From NCBI GenBank assembly GCA_965113315.1, contig OZ220370.1: 64,000 bases of DNA. One strand, written 5' to 3'. Numbering within the stretch: the stretch's first letter is position 1; every line of letters starts with the position of its first letter. A program made the position numbers and the translations under genes. The stretch comes from Podarcis vaucheri. Lineage: Eukaryota. The notes below the pieces were generated by a model. That model was given only the letters and a program-made list of their open reading frames with translations, did not search any database and was not told the DNA's origin. Shown piece by piece: positions 60,774 to 64,000 of this stretch.

Positions 60774-62237
60774 TATATGGAATATATATGTGTTATATTG
60801 TGTTCTTTTTCACAAGAAACAGCAGGCTTTTGTTGCCCACCTCATTTGCATGTTGTTTATATATAGAACACATCTATAAATTTAGCATGTAGCTAAAATC
60901 ATCAAATAAATATTTACGCAAGCCTCCCTCAGACTGTGGGTTTACTGAACAGACTTTTAAAAATAAACCATCTACAAGTGTCCTGAATTCACTTTTGTGG
61001 TGGTAGAATAGTTCAAATGTGACATACTCAAACCACAAATGTTACAATGTGTCTATGGTTCACTCAAGAGCTGCAAACTCATTGATGTAAAATATTTAAC
61101 AGAATGCATTATTAAATAATGGAAATGGAAATAGAAGCACCAGAAATTTCTTAAGCAAAACTAGTTTCAGAATCAGAAGGAAAGAAAAGGGGTGACAGGA
61201 CACAATAAAGGAGAAAGAAAATATGTAAATAGGTATCAAGTTGAATTCCATAAGACTTATAGTATTGAAGAGCATGTAAATACCAAATTCTTTCTGACCA
61301 AACATTCCCAATAGATTACGGTAGTTCAGATTTTTATCATGATGATGATGATGAACACTACAGTTTCTAATGTGACAGAGATGCACTGTGTCAGAGGTTT
61401 CAGAAGGACAAGAAAGATGTTTAGAGATACAATTTCAAGTACTGAAGGCAGGCAAGCTAGTTCTCAGGATGAGTCACCAGGAAGGCTGATCATAATGAAA
61501 TAGTGCAGTATCCAGCAAAGTCATCCCATCACACAAGGACTTCCGACCGTGCAATGGAAATTCCTTTCCTCTCTGTGTACCCTCTTCCACATCTGTTCTG
61601 GAGAGTTGGGAGAACCCCAAGAACAGAATTGGGGAGTGCACAGGGAGAGGAAGCCCCATTGCATGATGGGACAATTTCAATGGGTACAACCCAGAGTTCA
61701 GTTTTTGTAAGAAAAATCCAGATTCTTCTAAGAAAAATGTAATTCTGACTGCAATATCCAGTAATGGATTAACATAAATAGCATTTTCTCCTGACCCTCA
61801 AAATTGAATATCATCACTTCGCCATCAAATACAACTGATATCTCCTGCACAAGAACATTGGTGCCCCAGAACTGTGATATAATTTGATCATGAAGGAGTT
61901 TTATTTATTTATTGAATACACTTCTACAGCACCTTTCATTAAATTGATTCCATGAATAATACAGAACAAATTAAATAAAATCTGCCATCAAATCTAGAGG
62001 ACAGCAGTATCTACAATAACCAACAACCATCAAATGCTTGGGCCAAGAAGTATGTTTTTTTAGCAAGCTGGTGCTTATCTTCTTTCCGAAAGGAGAGGAT
62101 TCTACAAGCTGGGCAACAACTCAGAAAAGACCCTGCTCAATATGAACACCAGCAATCTGCAGCACAACAGGAGGGTCTCATCCAAATCACTTAATGAATG
62201 GAAAGATATATCAGGGAGGCGCCCAAGTTGTTTAGGG

Positions 62238-62677
62238 CAGATGTTTTCAACCTTTTTTGAATTCACGGCTCCCTTGACCAACTACATTCTTTCTGTGGCA
62301 CCCCTGTGGGACTCAGGAGCCCAGTTATGTCACCCCTTGCCTCCAGAGCTGGCAGCCTCTCACCCTCCCTTGTGGAGTGTTCCCTCAGCCTCCTCTCCCC
62401 TCTTCTTGGGAGTCCTCTGGGCAGCAGCTGCTGCCATCCCTGGTCTCTGAGCTGCCCCTCCTCCGTTGCCCCAAAGAGAGGTGGCTCTCAGAGGCACCAC
62501 TCGCCTGCAGAGCCTACAGCCAGGGCTGATGGAATAAACAGCTGTGCCTTTGAGAGGCAGAGATGCAAGAGGGTGTCAGGAGGGAGGGAAGGAAAGAGGG
62601 ACAGTGTTGCTCATGGCATCCCTGACCATCATTCAAGGCACCCCAGGGTGCTATGTCACACAGACTGAAAATCACTG
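62238..62677. mobile_element. hAT (Charlie-like) non-autonomous element
   Basis: CAGATGTTTTCAA...TGAAAATCACTG; perfect 8-bp TSD GTTTAGGG. Confidence 0.8.
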
Positions 62678-63227
62678 GTTTAGGGCATTAAAAGTCAATA
62701 ACAAAATTGTAAACTTGGCCTGGTAGTAAATTGAGATGCAGTATTGTAAGTATGAAATCAATTTTTTGTTTCATGTGTGAAAAAGAATTCTCTAAAATGG
62801 CTATACTGTGGAGATGAACTGACATCAACAGTGGGCTGCTTCTAGAAATCCATGACCTTTAGAAATCAGCTGCTGTTATGAAAGTTCTTATTTGAATGAT
62901 GCATAACACGCATGAAATTTGAGGAACTTTGCCGCTTGTCATGAGACTGCTTTATAGAACTTATGGGAAATTGCAGAACCTTAGTCACACTATTTTTCTA
63001 GTGAGTGAACTTGCCAAAGATAAATGCTGTTCAAAATATATTCATGTGATTCAAAGACCAATGTTGCTATAAGGTCCCCCCTTTCTTTATGTGTTCATGT
63101 ACACCTTTATGATCTATAAAGCAAGTCCATCTCTACATGGGGCACATTCATCTGCTGAAGTGACAAACTGTGTGTATGAAAGAGCTGAGCCCCAGTTCAG
63201 CACTCCATTGGCAGCTAGACATTCACA

Positions 63228-63402
63228 CAGGGCCAGCCCACCCATGGGACAAGCTGAGGTGACTGCCTCAGGCAGCAGTATCCACAGGGGACAGCAGATC
63301 CTAATGTCAACATTCTTTCCTGCTTTGTTCCTGATTCCTCAGCCCTTCTTCCCTGGTGGGGATGGAGCTGCAATTGTGCCAAAATGTCTTGGGCCAGCCT
63401 TG
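63228..63402. mobile_element. Old hAT-like MITE
   Basis: CAGGGCCAGCCC...GGGCCAGCCTTG; degenerate TSD CATTCACA/CCTTAACA; related to the copy at 35650. Confidence 0.6.
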
Positions 63403-63479
63403 CCTTAACACACATACACAAAGCGAGTCCCGTGCTTCGAGATAGCTGACTTGTGCTTGGGGGGGGGTGCCCCCCTGAG

Positions 63480-64000
63480 TCCAGCAGGCCTGATCAAACA
63501 AGCCTGCCTAAAACAACCACCAGCCCGTCCGCCCCCCTCCCGCCGCTGGTGGCGCATGCGCGCAGGACTCTCCGCCAGCTGGCTTGTGTTTCGCCCGACG
63601 CCGCCTCCTCCTCATAGAGGAAACGCCAGGACCCGAAGCAAGAGCCTCCGCCTCACAGCCAGCCTTGCGCTTAACGGTCCGGGAATCGAAGCCGTCGCCC
63701 TCGACTCGTTCGGTGAGCCTCTCATCTTTTAGGACACCGTCGGGGGAGGACGCGGGGCGGGCGGGCGAGAGGCCTGAAGCAGGCTGGGCCGGGCCCTCTG
63801 TTCTCCCTTGGCGGCTAGGCCGGGGGCGGCCCTGAGAGGCGCTGAGGGGGCAGCAGCGTCTCTCTCCCTCGGTAAAGCGGCGCGGGGGCTTCGGCCAGGC
63901 CCGTTTGAGACAGAAACAGCCGCCTCTCCTCTGGCTCCGGCTGAGCGGGGCGGGTCATGGGGAGCGCGCTCTCCGTATGCTCAGAGGCGCGCCTCGGGTC
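63480..64000 (+). promoter_or_regulatory. SDCBP: CpG island, probable promoter and non-coding first exon of the next gene (SDCBP/syntenin-1 by synteny); candidate donor CG|GTGAG at 63712/63713
   Basis: CpG-dense; NRF1 motif GCGCATGCGC 63552-63561; GC boxes. The gene identity rests only on the conserved UBXN2B-CYP7A1-SDCBP order, since no coding sequence is visible. Confidence 0.55.

Overview
Vertebrate genomic DNA from a squamate. Sauria-type SINEs, BovB LINEs and tRNA-Lys/CR1-tail SINEs suggest a lacertid lizard (inference). The window holds two complete multi-exon genes whose exons join in frame at GT-AG junctions: UBXN2B (p37, a SEP+UBX cofactor of p97/VCP; + strand, 9 coding exons, 14189-29358, 378 aa) and CYP7A1 (cholesterol 7-alpha-hydroxylase; - strand, 6 exons, 48159-40785, 514 aa). 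A CpG island at the right edge is probably the SDCBP promoter and first exon, judged from amniote synteny. The rest is a dense transposon landscape: young BovB LINEs, Sauria SINEs, tRNA-Lys SINEs, relics of CR1, L2, L1, Gypsy and Tc1, about 11 Tc1/mariner-type MITEs and about 8 hAT-type non-autonomous elements. The most striking structures are: (1) a ~1.9 kb near-perfect palindrome made of an inverted Penelope-like (GIY-YIG) retroelement inside a (TA)n tract, with a hammerhead-ribozyme-like core on each arm; (2) a young hAT element carrying CpG-island-like cargo 3 kb upstream of UBXN2B; (3) LXRE (DR4)-like and LRH-1 motifs at the mammalian BARE-I/BARE-II positions of the CYP7A1 promoter; (4) an LTR with a polypurine tract and a palindromic CTCF-like motif pair. 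I cannot support a wholly new protein-coding system. All coordinates were read by eye, and repeat family names and orthologue comparisons come from recall, not database searches.
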